DNA of 32,000 nucleotides from Patescibacteria group bacterium (GCA_041649575.1 JBAZMW010000001.1:90001-122000), one strand, 5' to 3'; counted from the first letter of the stretch, positions 1-12,464 are shown. A program made the numbers and translations. The notes: generated from the sequence alone by a model not told the origin.

Positions 1-447
1 CGAGCCGACTTGCAGCGGCTAAAAACCGGAATAATAAATTTGGAACAGAGGGAAAAATTATTAAAGAAATACCAATCGGAGGGTTTTAGGTTTTCGGAAA
101 ATGAGCAAGATTTGCTGTCTCTAGCCCTGCCCAAGGATTTTGACTTGCCAGCTTTTATTATTCAGCTAAAAAACTTGGCCGATAATTATGGCTTCTTGAT
201 AAACAATATAAAAATAACCGAGACTGCTGCCGGAGCAGCGGGCAATAAAGTTCAGGTGGCCGAACAGGCCAACCATTTGAAAAAATTGGGAATCGAATTG
301 GAGCTGATCGGCGGTGATTACGGTAATTGGAAAAAAGTATTAACTGCCATGGAGTCCAGTATTATGATTTTTGATGTCACGGCTTTGGATTTTTCGGCCG
401 ACAACCCGGTTTATAAGTTGAAGCTGGTTACCTATTATTACAATTAA
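1..447 (+). CDS. PilO-like type IV pilus assembly protein, C-terminal part (5' end outside the window)
   Basis: Frame is open to the window edge; LKNLADNYGFLINNI and a terminal alpha/beta region resemble PilO; directly upstream of pilB-like genes. Confidence 0.55.
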   Translation, partial: RADLQRLKTGIINLEQREKLLKKYQSEGFRFSENEQDLLSLALPKDFDLPAFIIQLKNLADNYGFLINNIKITETAAGAAGNKVQVAEQANHLKKLGIELELIGGDYGNWKKVLTAMESSIMIFDVTALDFSADNPVYKLKLVTYYYN

Positions 448-463
448 TTTAAACTAACGTTTT

Positions 464-817
464 ATGATATCCAGGGAGAAAAAGAAGGGGTTTAATGTTT
501 ATTTAGTTTTAATAGTGGTGGTTGTTTTATTTTTGGCTTTGCTGGGCGCTAATTTTTGGCTGGTCAATAAAAGCTTTCAGCCTTTGGAAAAAAGCCAGGA
601 CAGTAATGTGGACATCGCCCTGGATAAAAGCCGGGCAGCCACGAAGATCAAGGAGGAGTTAGTTGTCAAATTAGAACAAATGGAAAAAAGGGGGAAATTC
701 GGCAATTGGCCTTTGGTTTTGGCCGAGATCAAGCTAAGTGACAATCGAGACAACCCTTTTGTCAAAAAGTTAGTCAAAGAAAGCGATATTATTTTAGCGC
801 CATTATTGAAAGATTAA
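464..817 (+). CDS. Small single-pass membrane protein in the pilus operon, unknown function
   Basis: ORF with N-terminal TM segment VYLVLIVVVVLFLALLGANFWLV; located between PilO-like and PilB genes. Confidence 0.6.
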   Translation: MISREKKKGFNVYLVLIVVVVLFLALLGANFWLVNKSFQPLEKSQDSNVDIALDKSRAATKIKEELVVKLEQMEKRGKFGNWPLVLAEIKLSDNRDNPFVKKLVKESDIILAPLLKD

Positions 818-870
818 CGCCAGTCAAGCCATGGGTTTTATTATAAATAGCAGCCCGCTCTAGGATTTTT

Positions 871-2613
871 ATGAATCTCAACAATACCGATAGAATTAAA
901 AACGCACTGCTTAGCAGAAATTTAATCGATCCTAAGGATTTGGCCGTAGCCGAAGCCAAGGCGATTGAGACCAACAAGAGTTTGGAGGAGATTTTAGTTC
1001 AGGAGCGATATTTTGCCAGCAAGGAATTCAATAAACTAAAAGGAGAAATTTTTAATTTGGAAACAATTGACCTGGAAGAGATAACGGCTGATCAGGCAAC
1101 CTTAAACCTATTGGCTCCCAAAGTGGCAGAAAATTATCAGGCGGTGATTTTTGCCAGAGCCGGCGACGAGATAAAGGTGGGCTTGGTTGATCCCGGAAAT
1201 TTTCAGGCTCATGAGGCCATAGACTTTTTGGCGACACAAAAGGGATTGAGACCAAGGTATTACGCGATATCTTTTCAGGATTTTAGATCGACCTTCAATC
1301 AGTACAGCGGCTTTAAAAAAGAAATTGGAACGGCGGTCGAGGCGGCTAAAGTCAAGTTTGCCCAGCGGGAAGGATTTTTAAAAGTAAAAGAAGAGGAAGA
1401 AGACTTCGATCAGGTAGTCAAAAGCGCGCCGGTGGCAAAAATTGTTTCGGTAATCGTAAAGCATGCTGTCGATGGCGGCGCTTCGGATATTCACATCGAG
1501 CCAGGAAGAAGCACCGGTCGGGTACGTTATCGCGTTGATGGCAATTTGTTTAATTCGCTGACTCTGCCAGATTATCTTTATAATGCCGTGATTTCTAGAA
1601 TCAAGGTTTTAGCCAACATGAAATTAGATGAAACCCGTTTGCCGCAAGATGGCAGAATCAGGTTTAAGCTCGATGATCGCGAGGTAGATTTGAGAGTCTC
1701 TGTCTTGCCGACTCTAAACCAGGAGAAAGTGGTGATGAGGGTTTTGGACACTTCGGCGGGAGTGCCCACCTTGGCCGAGCTGGGTTTTTCTGACTATCAT
1801 ATTCAAATAATTGAAAAAAACATTAAGAGGCCATACGGATTATTTTTACTGACAGGCCCGACCGGGAGTGGCAAGACCACCACCCTTTATTCTGTTTTAA
1901 ATATTTTGAATTCAGACCAGCAAAATATCACTACCCTTGAAGATCCGATAGAATATTATATCGACGGGGTTAACCAGTCGCAGATTAATCCTGATATTGG
2001 ATTTTCTTTTGCCTCCGGACTAAGATCGATACTGCGCCAGGATCCCAATATTATCATGGTTGGCGAAATTCGCGACAGTGAAACCGTAGAGCTAGTGATT
2101 CACGCGGCTTTGACCGGTCATTTGGTTTTTTCCACCCTGCATACCAACAGCGCCTGGGGAGCGATTCCCAGATTAATAGACATGAAAGCCGAACCATTTC
2201 TTTTGGCCTCGACTCTCAATCTGGTCATGGCGCAGAGGTTGGTCAGAAAAGTCTGCCCCAATTGCAAAACAGAGGCCAAGCTGCCCCCCAAAGTATCGGA
2301 AAAAATAATGCTGGAAATAAAAAAGATACCGGATGTTTTTTTACAGTCGCTAAAGGGCAAATACGCTTTCTATCGAGGCCAGGGTTGTCAGAGTTGCAAT
2401 AACACCGGCTACCTTGGTCGGACGGTGGTGGGGGAAATAATGGATATCACCATGGAGCTAAAGGAGCTGATGGTTAAGGATTTTACTATCAAAGATATTC
2501 AGGATCAGCTCCAGAGACAAAACTACATCAACCTAGCTCAAGACGCCATTCTCAAGGCTTTGCAGGGACTGACAACGATAGACGAAGTACTTCGAGTTTC
2601 TCAAGATCAATAA
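871..2613 (+). CDS. pilB: Type IV pilus assembly ATPase PilB/GspE
   Basis: Walker A GPTGSGKTT, Walker B region IIMVGEIRDSETVE, His box TGHLVFSTLHTNSA, tetracysteine CPNC...CQSC, N-terminal MshEN-like domain. Confidence 0.95.
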   Translation: MNLNNTDRIKNALLSRNLIDPKDLAVAEAKAIETNKSLEEILVQERYFASKEFNKLKGEIFNLETIDLEEITADQATLNLLAPKVAENYQAVIFARAGDEIKVGLVDPGNFQAHEAIDFLATQKGLRPRYYAISFQDFRSTFNQYSGFKKEIGTAVEAAKVKFAQREGFLKVKEEEEDFDQVVKSAPVAKIVSVIVKHAVDGGASDIHIEPGRSTGRVRYRVDGNLFNSLTLPDYLYNAVISRIKVLANMKLDETRLPQDGRIRFKLDDREVDLRVSVLPTLNQEKVVMRVLDTSAGVPTLAELGFSDYHIQIIEKNIKRPYGLFLLTGPTGSGKTTTLYSVLNILNSDQQNITTLEDPIEYYIDGVNQSQINPDIGFSFASGLRSILRQDPNIIMVGEIRDSETVELVIHAALTGHLVFSTLHTNSAWGAIPRLIDMKAEPFLLASTLNLVMAQRLVRKVCPNCKTEAKLPPKVSEKIMLEIKKIPDVFLQSLKGKYAFYRGQGCQSCNNTGYLGRTVVGEIMDITMELKELMVKDFTIKDIQDQLQRQNYINLAQDAILKALQGLTTIDEVLRVSQDQ

Positions 2614-2646
2614 TAAAATAACTAGGAAATATAATAAAAGAATATT

Positions 2647-3039
2647 ATGCCTAAAAAAGAAAAAGCGATATCGATTTTGATTGTGGAAGACGACATTTTT
2701 TTGGCCGATCTTTATCGGACTAAATTTGAGTTGGAGGGATTTAAGGTTTTTGTGGGTTATGACGGTGAAAAGGGGCTGGAGTTGGCTAGTAAAAATTTAC
2801 CCCAAGTCATTCTTCTGGACTTAGTTTTGCCAAAGATGAGCGGTTTCCAGGTTTTGGAAGCTCTAAAAAACGATAAAAGACTAAGAGAAGTCCCGGTGAT
2901 TCTCTTGACCAACCTAAGCCAAAAGGCAGACGTGGAAAAGGGTTTGAGTCTGGGGGCTAATGACTATCTAATCAAAGCCCATTTTATGCCCTCGGAAGTA
3001 GTGAATAAAATTAAAAAATTAGTTGACAGGGCGGTTTAA
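2647..3039 (+). CDS. Stand-alone response regulator receiver (CheY-like) protein
   Basis: ILIVEDDIFLADLY, phospho-acceptor LLDLVLPKMSG, VILLTNL, conserved Lys in IKAHFMP. Confidence 0.93.
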   Translation: MPKKEKAISILIVEDDIFLADLYRTKFELEGFKVFVGYDGEKGLELASKNLPQVILLDLVLPKMSGFQVLEALKNDKRLREVPVILLTNLSQKADVEKGLSLGANDYLIKAHFMPSEVVNKIKKLVDRAV

Positions 3040-3042
3040 TCT

Positions 3043-4122
3043 ATGGAATCTTCGCAATACTTGTTGGTCAAGGGTATCTTAATTGAAGCCGTGACTCGGG
3101 GAGCGGTTGATTTGCATTTTTCCGTGGGCAACAACCCGGTTTTGCGAGTTAACGGGGAACTGGTTGTTTTACAGGATAAAGACTTGATCACGCAGGATTT
3201 TATGGAAAAGCTGATGGCTTCGCTACTGACAGTAGAACAGAGAAAAAAAGTAGAAGTCGACCGGGAGATAGTTCTGACCCACAACTTTGACAAAGATTTA
3301 AGATTCAAAATAAACGTCTTTTATCAGCGGGGTTTTTTATCGGCCACCCTGCGTCATATTCCGGCCAAAATCCCGACTATCGGTTCCCTGGGGCTTAATT
3401 CGGTGATCAGGGAGCTAACCAAATTGAAAAGTGGTTTGGTCATTATTTCCGGGCCTTTCGGCTCAGGCAGAACAACCACGGCCATCGCCATGCTTGAGGA
3501 GATAAATCAAACCAGAAAAGAGTACATCATTACCATTGAAGATCCGATCGAATACCTTTTTGCAAATAAAGAAAGCATTGTTGAACAGAGAGAGGTTGGG
3601 CGAGATACCAAATCATTTTTGGATGCCCTGCATTATTTTCAGGAGGAAGACGGCGATATTTTGTTTCTCGGTGAAATGGGCGACAGTAAAACCATTCCCA
3701 TGGTTTTGGAAATAGCCCGGGGCAGCTCGCTGGTTTTGACGGTCTTGGGCGCTGCCTCCGCTGTTAATACGGTGGCCAGCATTTTGGACATTTTTCAAAG
3801 CTTTGATCAGGAAAGGGTCAAGGATTTATTGGCTACCTCCTTAAGAGCGATAATTTGTCAGAAGATGGTGCCAAAGGTGGGTGGTGGCAGTTTGGTGGTA
3901 CAGGAAATCATGCTGGTTAATGATGCTGTTAAATCAATTATTCTCGGCGGCAGCAATCAACAGTTAGACAACATCATTCAGACTTCAAGAAAAGAAGGCA
4001 TGATTTCTTTTGATCAGGCGTTGGCTCAATTGGTTAATGAAAGAAAAATTCTTTTAAAGGATGCCATTGACAATGCTTCCAACCGTTTGGCGTTAGAAAG
4101 TTTGCTTAGAGAAAAATATTAA
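3043..4122 (+). CDS. pilT: PilT-like ATPase-fold protein with degenerate catalytic motifs
   Basis: PilT-type N-terminus and DLRFKINVFYQRG...RHIPAKIPTI; Walker A reads GPFGSGRTT (K to R) and the His box reads SLVLTVLGAAS. Confidence 0.85.
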   Translation: MESSQYLLVKGILIEAVTRGAVDLHFSVGNNPVLRVNGELVVLQDKDLITQDFMEKLMASLLTVEQRKKVEVDREIVLTHNFDKDLRFKINVFYQRGFLSATLRHIPAKIPTIGSLGLNSVIRELTKLKSGLVIISGPFGSGRTTTAIAMLEEINQTRKEYIITIEDPIEYLFANKESIVEQREVGRDTKSFLDALHYFQEEDGDILFLGEMGDSKTIPMVLEIARGSSLVLTVLGAASAVNTVASILDIFQSFDQERVKDLLATSLRAIICQKMVPKVGGGSLVVQEIMLVNDAVKSIILGGSNQQLDNIIQTSRKEGMISFDQALAQLVNERKILLKDAIDNASNRLALESLLREKY

Positions 4123-4140
4123 TTATAAATAATAAAGTAG

Positions 4141-5352
4141 ATGCCTATTTTTTCCTATAAAGCCAGAAACAGTCGAGGCCGTTTGATCGAGGGGGTAGTC
4201 GATGCGGTTACGGCAGACGCGGTAGCCAACTTGTTGGTGGAAAAAAATTTAGTAGTAACAAATATCGAAAGGCAGGGTGGTGAATTTTTAAAAAGCCACG
4301 GTCTGTTTTTTTTCAGAAGGGTCAAAAACAAAGAACTGGTTTTTTTCTTTCGTCAGTTGGCGGTAATGATTGAGGCTAATTTGCCGATAGTCAGGGCTTT
4401 AAAAATTTTAGTGCGGCAAACCGGTGATAAAAAATTAAAAAGGATCATCGCGACGGTGGCCGACGAGGTTGACGGTGGCTCGAAGCTATCGGAGGCGATG
4501 GCCAGCTTCCCGGAAGTTTTTGGTGTTTTTTACATTAATATGATTGGTTCCGGCGAGACCTCCGGTCGTTTGAGCGAGGTGGTTAATTATCTGGCTGATC
4601 AGCAAGAAAAAGATTACGATTTACAATCAAGAGTTAAGGGTGCCCTGATCTACCCGGCTTTTATAATAGTCAGTCTGCTGGTGGTGGCTTTTATTATCAT
4701 GACTTTTGTTATTCCCCAGATCTCTTCCTTACTTAAAGAATCGAATGTGACCCTGCCTTTGACTACCAGGATTCTGATGGCGGTCTCTGATTGGTTGAGA
4801 GCCTGGTGGTGGCAGGCTATAATAGCGATCATTCTACTAATTGGTGGCTTAAGCGTTTACGGCAGGTCAGAGACCGGCGGCCATTTTTTTGACTGGCTAA
4901 AATTAAGAGTACCTATTTTTGGAAAGATTTTTAGAGAAATTTATATTGTCAGAATAACTCGAAGCTTAAACACCCTCTTGGCTGGCGGTGTGCCGGTAGC
5001 CAGGGCCTTAGAGGTGGTAAAGGAGGTTGTGGGCAATAAAATCTATAAAGAAATATTGGAACAGGCCATTAAAGAAGTTGAAGAGGGCAATCCCTTGGCT
5101 GACAGCTTGTTGGTTTTCGAGAGTTATTTGCCCTTGGCGGTGTCACAAATGGTCAGTATTGGCGAAGAGACTGGCAAATTAGAGGAAGTGACTGGTAAAA
5201 TAGCCGATTTTTACTCACGAGAGGTTGATGCCAGCACCAGGAACTTAACGGTCTTAATAGAACCGGTAGTGATGATAATTTTGGGCGTGGGCATAGCTTT
5301 TTTCATCATGGCCGTGATCACGCCCATGTGGCAATTATCGGCGTCGATGTAG
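4141..5352 (+). CDS. pilC: Type IV pilus inner-membrane platform protein PilC/GspF
   Basis: FFFRQLAVMIEANLPIVRALKIL, two GspF repeats, IGSGETSGRL and IGEETGKLEE motifs. Confidence 0.95.
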   Translation: MPIFSYKARNSRGRLIEGVVDAVTADAVANLLVEKNLVVTNIERQGGEFLKSHGLFFFRRVKNKELVFFFRQLAVMIEANLPIVRALKILVRQTGDKKLKRIIATVADEVDGGSKLSEAMASFPEVFGVFYINMIGSGETSGRLSEVVNYLADQQEKDYDLQSRVKGALIYPAFIIVSLLVVAFIIMTFVIPQISSLLKESNVTLPLTTRILMAVSDWLRAWWWQAIIAIILLIGGLSVYGRSETGGHFFDWLKLRVPIFGKIFREIYIVRITRSLNTLLAGGVPVARALEVVKEVVGNKIYKEILEQAIKEVEEGNPLADSLLVFESYLPLAVSQMVSIGEETGKLEEVTGKIADFYSREVDASTRNLTVLIEPVVMIILGVGIAFFIMAVITPMWQLSASM

Positions 5353-5369
5353 TCTGAGTTCGGAATTTG

Positions 5370-5378
5370 TGCTATAAT
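5370..5378 (+). promoter_or_regulatory. Extended -10 promoter TGCTATAAT upstream of pilin gene
   Basis: TGnTATAAT sequence about 160 nt upstream of the pilin ATG; no good -35. Confidence 0.5.
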
Positions 5379-5535
5379 GGTAATAAGAGCCTAAAGGGGC
5401 AGAAACTTTCCGCAAATTTAATTATTAATAATCAAAAAGGTCGAAAAAAATAAAAGTTTTATCTACTCGAGTGGAAAAAACAGCTTCGATCCGACGGATC
5501 GGAGAAAAAGTCAACTTAATAAAAAAATTTAAGCT

Positions 5536-5928
5536 ATGAAACAAAAAGGTTTTACTTTGATTGAACTTTTGGTGGTAATTGCCATTATTGGCTTGTTATC
5601 TTCTTTGGCAATTATCTCCCTAAACAGCGCCAGAAACAAGGCTTACGACGCTCAAGTTAAGAGCGATTTGGTACAAGTCAGAAATTCGGCTGAGATTTAC
5701 TATGATACTAACGGTTCTTATACTGGTTTTACTGTACCAACGCAGCTGGTAGCGCCTAATTGCAGCGATGACGCCGCTTACGTGGTGACTATTTCAGCCG
5801 ATGGCACGGCTTATGCCTCTTGGGCCGACTTATGCGCCGATACGGACAACGATTATTGTGTTGATTCGGTCGGGGTGTCAAAGGTGACCGCTGGCCATGT
5901 GGCCGATGGGGCTACCGCCTGCCCATAA
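5536..5928 (+). CDS. pilA: Type IV major pilin-like protein
   Basis: Class III prepilin site KG|FTLIELLVVIAIIGLLSSLAIISLN; C-terminal Cys residues; own promoter and terminator. Confidence 0.93.
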   Translation: MKQKGFTLIELLVVIAIIGLLSSLAIISLNSARNKAYDAQVKSDLVQVRNSAEIYYDTNGSYTGFTVPTQLVAPNCSDDAAYVVTISADGTAYASWADLCADTDNDYCVDSVGVSKVTAGHVADGATACP

Positions 5929-5951
5929 TTCAAACTTTCTTTTTCAAGATT

Positions 5952-5986
5952 AAAAGCTCTCTTCCTCAAAGAAGAGAGCTTTTTGT
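5952..5986 (+). terminator. Rho-independent terminator after the pilin gene
   Basis: 12-bp perfect stem AAAAGCTCTCTT / AAGAGAGCTTTT with 8-nt loop, ending in T-run. Confidence 0.9.
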
Positions 5987-6043
5987 CTGGCCAGATTTAT
6001 GGTATAATATTAAGCAAGAATAAGGAAATTAAAACCAGACAGC

Positions 6044-6451
6044 ATGACCAAGCGCACAAAATTTAAACTGATAATTTATTTATTATTATTGATTTTGGGT
6101 ATTACCGGATTGATTTTGTGGTCTATTTTTAATGCGGCTCGGGGTCGGGACTATAAAAGACTGGGAGAAATAAAAATAATAGAAGCAGAGTTTAACAGTT
6201 ATTTTAATAAGTTTAACACCTATCAGGTGCCGGATTGTTCGCCACCCATGTTGGTTAACTATTGTAGTGGTAAAGGCGAGAGAGTTTTGGCTATAGATAC
6301 GATAGTCGACCCTGTCAATAAAGGAAATTTTCAGTATTTAGTGAGTTCATTAAGTGACGATAATTTTCGAGTCGATTTTTCTCTGGAGATGGGTATCGGC
6401 ACTCTGGCAGCGGGTAATTATCTGCTGACACGTCAGGGTATTTCTAAATAA
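6044..6451 (+). CDS. Pilin-like membrane protein without a canonical prepilin cleavage motif
   Basis: N-terminal TM LIIYLLLLILGITGLILW followed by ARGRDYKRLGEIKIIEAEFNSYFNKFNTYQVP, which resembles the region after the TM of CPR pilins. Confidence 0.5.
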   Translation: MTKRTKFKLIIYLLLLILGITGLILWSIFNAARGRDYKRLGEIKIIEAEFNSYFNKFNTYQVPDCSPPMLVNYCSGKGERVLAIDTIVDPVNKGNFQYLVSSLSDDNFRVDFSLEMGIGTLAAGNYLLTRQGISK

Positions 6452-6468
6452 AGCGACTGGTTTTCTCT

Positions 6469-7251
6469 ATGTTTTATTTTTTGATTTTTGTTTTTGGTTT
6501 AGTGATTGGCAGTTTTTTAAATGTAGTTATTTTTCGTTTACGCAGCGGGGAGAAGATTGTTAATTCTCGCTCCCACTGCCGGAGCTGTAAGAAGCAGCTG
6601 ACCTTTAAGGACCTAATTCCGCTGGTAAGTTTTGTTTGGCAAAAAGGACGTTGCCGTTATTGCGGGGCAAAAATTTCTTGGCAGTACCCATTGGTGGAGC
6701 TGGTTACCGGTCTGTTGTTCGTGGCGGCAACTTTTAATATTATCGGTAACTTGGGAGCGGGCATGTTATTTTACAATTCGGATATTTTTTTTAATTGGTT
6801 AAAAAGTTTGGTTTTTATCTCTTTTCTGGTGGTAATTTTTGTTTATGATTTGAAGTGGTTGCTTATTTTAGACAAGATAACTTTGCCGGCAGGGATTCTG
6901 GCCTTGGCTTTCAATTTGTTTTTGGGAATTAGCTGGAAGAGTCTGCTGCTGGGGGTTGTTGTCGGCCTGGGATTTTTTCTAATCCAATTTTTGGTTTCCC
7001 GGGGCCGGTGGATCGGCGGCGGCGACTTAAGGCTGGCGGTGGTAATGGGGTTGATGCTGGGCTGGCCCAAGATTCTAGTGGCTCTGTTTTTCGCTTATAT
7101 AATCGGCGCCCTGATCGCTTTGATTCTAATGGCTTGGGGGAAGCGCGGTCTGAAATCACAGGTTCCGTTTGGCACCTTCTTGTCGCTGGGCACGTTGGTA
7201 GCTATTTTTTGGGGCGAAGAAATAATCAAATGGTACTTAAGTCTCGTTTGA
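6469..7251 (+). CDS. pilD: Prepilin peptidase / N-methyltransferase (PilD/GspO)
   Basis: GSFLNVVIFRL, CXXC pairs CRSCKKQ and CRYCGAKI, conserved FVYDLKWLLILDKIT and GGGDLRL. Confidence 0.95.
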   Translation: MFYFLIFVFGLVIGSFLNVVIFRLRSGEKIVNSRSHCRSCKKQLTFKDLIPLVSFVWQKGRCRYCGAKISWQYPLVELVTGLLFVAATFNIIGNLGAGMLFYNSDIFFNWLKSLVFISFLVVIFVYDLKWLLILDKITLPAGILALAFNLFLGISWKSLLLGVVVGLGFFLIQFLVSRGRWIGGGDLRLAVVMGLMLGWPKILVALFFAYIIGALIALILMAWGKRGLKSQVPFGTFLSLGTLVAIFWGEEIIKWYLSLV

Positions 7252-7259
7252 ACAAATTT

Positions 7260-7802
7260 ATGCCAAAACAAAAAATGACCGCCGGTTTCACTTTGATAGA
7301 AATTTTGGTAGTTATAGCCATCATGGGCGCGCTCTCTTCTTTTTTAATAATCAATTTTCGAGTTAACGAAGACAGCCGTAAATTTAAGAACGACTCTCTG
7401 CTGGTGATGGACGGTTTTAAAAAGGCCCAAACCATGGCTTTGGCCAGCCAGCTGGTAGAGGGTCGGGCGCCGGTCGGTTACGCGGTGTTATTGGACGATT
7501 GCTCTTTTGGCTCCTGCTCTTACGAAATCGCCTCTTATGGCGGCGATAAAAAAGACTTTAGCAACCAAAGTGATTTTAAAACAATTGAAAAAGTAAATTT
7601 AAGCGAGGAAGTAGAGCTAAAAGCCAAAAATTCGCGGATTATTTTTTTCCCGCCGCGGGCCGAATCGGTAATTTTGGTCAATGGAGAAATTACCAACTAT
7701 CTGCCGGTTGAGTTGCGCCACAAAAAAGGCAAACTTTTGCCTATCTGCGTGACAGTAAGCGGCATGTCGGGCAGAATTGATTCGAGTCCCTGTTCCATGT
7801 AG
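7260..7802 (+). CDS. Minor pseudopilin (GspH/FimT-like)
   Basis: Prepilin motif AG|FTLIEILVVIAIMGALSSF; likely start is ATG 7260 rather than the upstream extension in the ORF track, which overlaps pilD. Confidence 0.85.
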   Translation: MPKQKMTAGFTLIEILVVIAIMGALSSFLIINFRVNEDSRKFKNDSLLVMDGFKKAQTMALASQLVEGRAPVGYAVLLDDCSFGSCSYEIASYGGDKKDFSNQSDFKTIEKVNLSEEVELKAKNSRIIFFPPRAESVILVNGEITNYLPVELRHKKGKLLPICVTVSGMSGRIDSSPCSM

Positions 7803-7806
7803 TTTT

Positions 7807-8478
7807 ATGATTTCAAAAATAAAAAAATTTTTTAGCAACCAAACCGGCCAGAGTCTTTTGGAACTGATTGTGGCCATGGCCATTATTAATGTTGGTTTGT
7901 TTGCGGTCTGGGCGCTCTTTCTGTCTAACTTTTCAGGCGAACAAGAAGCCAAGGCCAGAATCGTTGGAGTCAATCTGGCCAGAGAAGGAGTGGAAGCGGT
8001 AAAAAATATCAGAGATTCTAATTGGCTTAGGCTGGAAGACAATAAGCGCTGTGGCCAAAATCTTTGCAGTTGGGATTATGGCCTGGTCGGCCCTGGCGGC
8101 GATGACACCGCTATTTTAGTGGATCTGTTTGAAACCAGCGGTGAAGCCAGATTGGATTTTGGTCCCGATAGTTTAAACGACAATTCAACAAAGATTTTTA
8201 TCGATCAATCTCTGGCCAAGGGTTTTTTTATCCAGCACCCCAGTGGTAGCGCCCAGACCGGCCAGCCGACGATTTATCGTCGGCTGATAACTCTTGATGA
8301 TATTTGCTGCTCTGATATTAACGGAGACGGTGATTGCGACGACAATGCGTTTAAGGCTTGTTCGGAGACGACCGGCTCGTTGAAAGTCGGCCTGGAGGTC
8401 AGCTCCAGGGTGCAGTGGCTGCTTAACGGTAAAAGCAGGGAAGTGGTGGCGGAAGACCATTTGTTTAATTGGAAATAA
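7807..8478 (+). CDS. Minor pseudopilin (PilV/GspI-like)
   Basis: TGQSLLELIVAMAIINVGLFAVWALF; start at ATG 7807 chosen to avoid overlap with the previous gene. Confidence 0.8.
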   Translation: MISKIKKFFSNQTGQSLLELIVAMAIINVGLFAVWALFLSNFSGEQEAKARIVGVNLAREGVEAVKNIRDSNWLRLEDNKRCGQNLCSWDYGLVGPGGDDTAILVDLFETSGEARLDFGPDSLNDNSTKIFIDQSLAKGFFIQHPSGSAQTGQPTIYRRLITLDDICCSDINGDGDCDDNAFKACSETTGSLKVGLEVSSRVQWLLNGKSREVVAEDHLFNWK

Positions 8479-8489
8479 TTTAAACCTCA

Positions 8490-9086
8490 ATGAAATTTTT
8501 TAGAATAACTTCGGGCAACAATTCAAAACAAGGCTTTACTCTGGTGGAGGTGCTGGTGGCAGTGAGTATTTTTAGTATTTTGTCGGTGGTGGTGTCTTCG
8601 ATTTTTTTGAACGTCAATGGCTTGCAGCGCAATACAGCCAGCTATCAGCGATTGCAGAACGAAGGCCGTTATATGTTGGAAAAATTGGCGCGCGAAGTGA
8701 GATCGAGAGAAATAAGCTATCCACTGGAAAATCCTCAAGACCACCTTTTTTTCAAAAAAGACGAAAAAGGCAATTATTTGAGAATTTGCTGGGTGGACGA
8801 CTGGTTAAAATATTATCTTGACGCCGATAATTCTTTGGATAACGAAGAGAATTTGAACAACTGCCGAACCAAGGGACAGCCGCTTAATGCTCATGACGTC
8901 AGCGTGACCGAGGCCAGTTTTTTTATTCTGCCGGTCTTGGAAGATCGCTGGGGCGAGAAGCCGCTTTCTAACATCCAGACTCGGGCGACCGTTCTTCTGA
9001 AAATAAAAAACAATTCAGGCAACAGCAAAGATCAAAAGGAACTGACGCTACAAACCACAATCTCCAGCAAAATTTATAAAAGATGA
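8490..9086 (+). CDS. Minor pseudopilin (PilW/GspJ-like)
   Basis: KQG|FTLVEVLVAVSIFSILSVVVSSIF. Confidence 0.85.
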   Translation: MKFFRITSGNNSKQGFTLVEVLVAVSIFSILSVVVSSIFLNVNGLQRNTASYQRLQNEGRYMLEKLAREVRSREISYPLENPQDHLFFKKDEKGNYLRICWVDDWLKYYLDADNSLDNEENLNNCRTKGQPLNAHDVSVTEASFFILPVLEDRWGEKPLSNIQTRATVLLKIKNNSGNSKDQKELTLQTTISSKIYKR

Positions 9087-9087
9087 C

Positions 9088-12061
<2,974 letters not shown>

Positions 12062-12169
12062 AAGAGTGGCAATTTGAGAACGACCCGACTCGGCCGCTTT
12101 TTATTTTTCTTAATGCTTGTCAAATTAATTCAAAGGTGCTAAAATTTTTCTAGTTTTAACCGTCAAAAT

Positions 12170-12463
12170 ATGAAACTCTCTCAACAAGAAGTCGAACACA
12201 TTGCCTCGTTGGCCCGTCTGAAGCTAAGCCAAGAGGAAAAGGAAAAATACGGCGAGCAATTGTCGGCCATTTTGGATTATATGGAAAAATTGCAAGAAGT
12301 GGCTACCGACAACATCGAGCCGACTTCGCAAGTCACCGGACTGGCCAATATCATGAGAGAAGACGAGATAAAAGAATCGGGGATAGCCGCCGGTCTGCTT
12401 GGCTGCTCTCCGGAAAACGACAGCGAAATGATTAAGATTCCCAAAATTTTTACCGACAAATAA
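12170..12463 (+). CDS. gatC: Asp/Glu-tRNA amidotransferase subunit C
   Basis: VEHIASLARLKLSQEEKEKYGEQLSAILDYMEKLQEVAT and C-terminal MREDE; directly upstream of gatA. Confidence 0.95.
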   Translation: MKLSQQEVEHIASLARLKLSQEEKEKYGEQLSAILDYMEKLQEVATDNIEPTSQVTGLANIMREDEIKESGIAAGLLGCSPENDSEMIKIPKIFTDK

Positions 12464-12464
12464 T

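Noticed and set aside
5379-5535. Assignment of the pilin leader as a c-di-GMP-I riboswitch
   Set aside because: The conserved core of that class was not found by eye; left as an unassigned structured leader.
7008-7259. Upstream extension of the pseudopilin ORF
   Set aside because: It overlaps pilD out of frame; the prepilin N-terminus fits ATG 7260.
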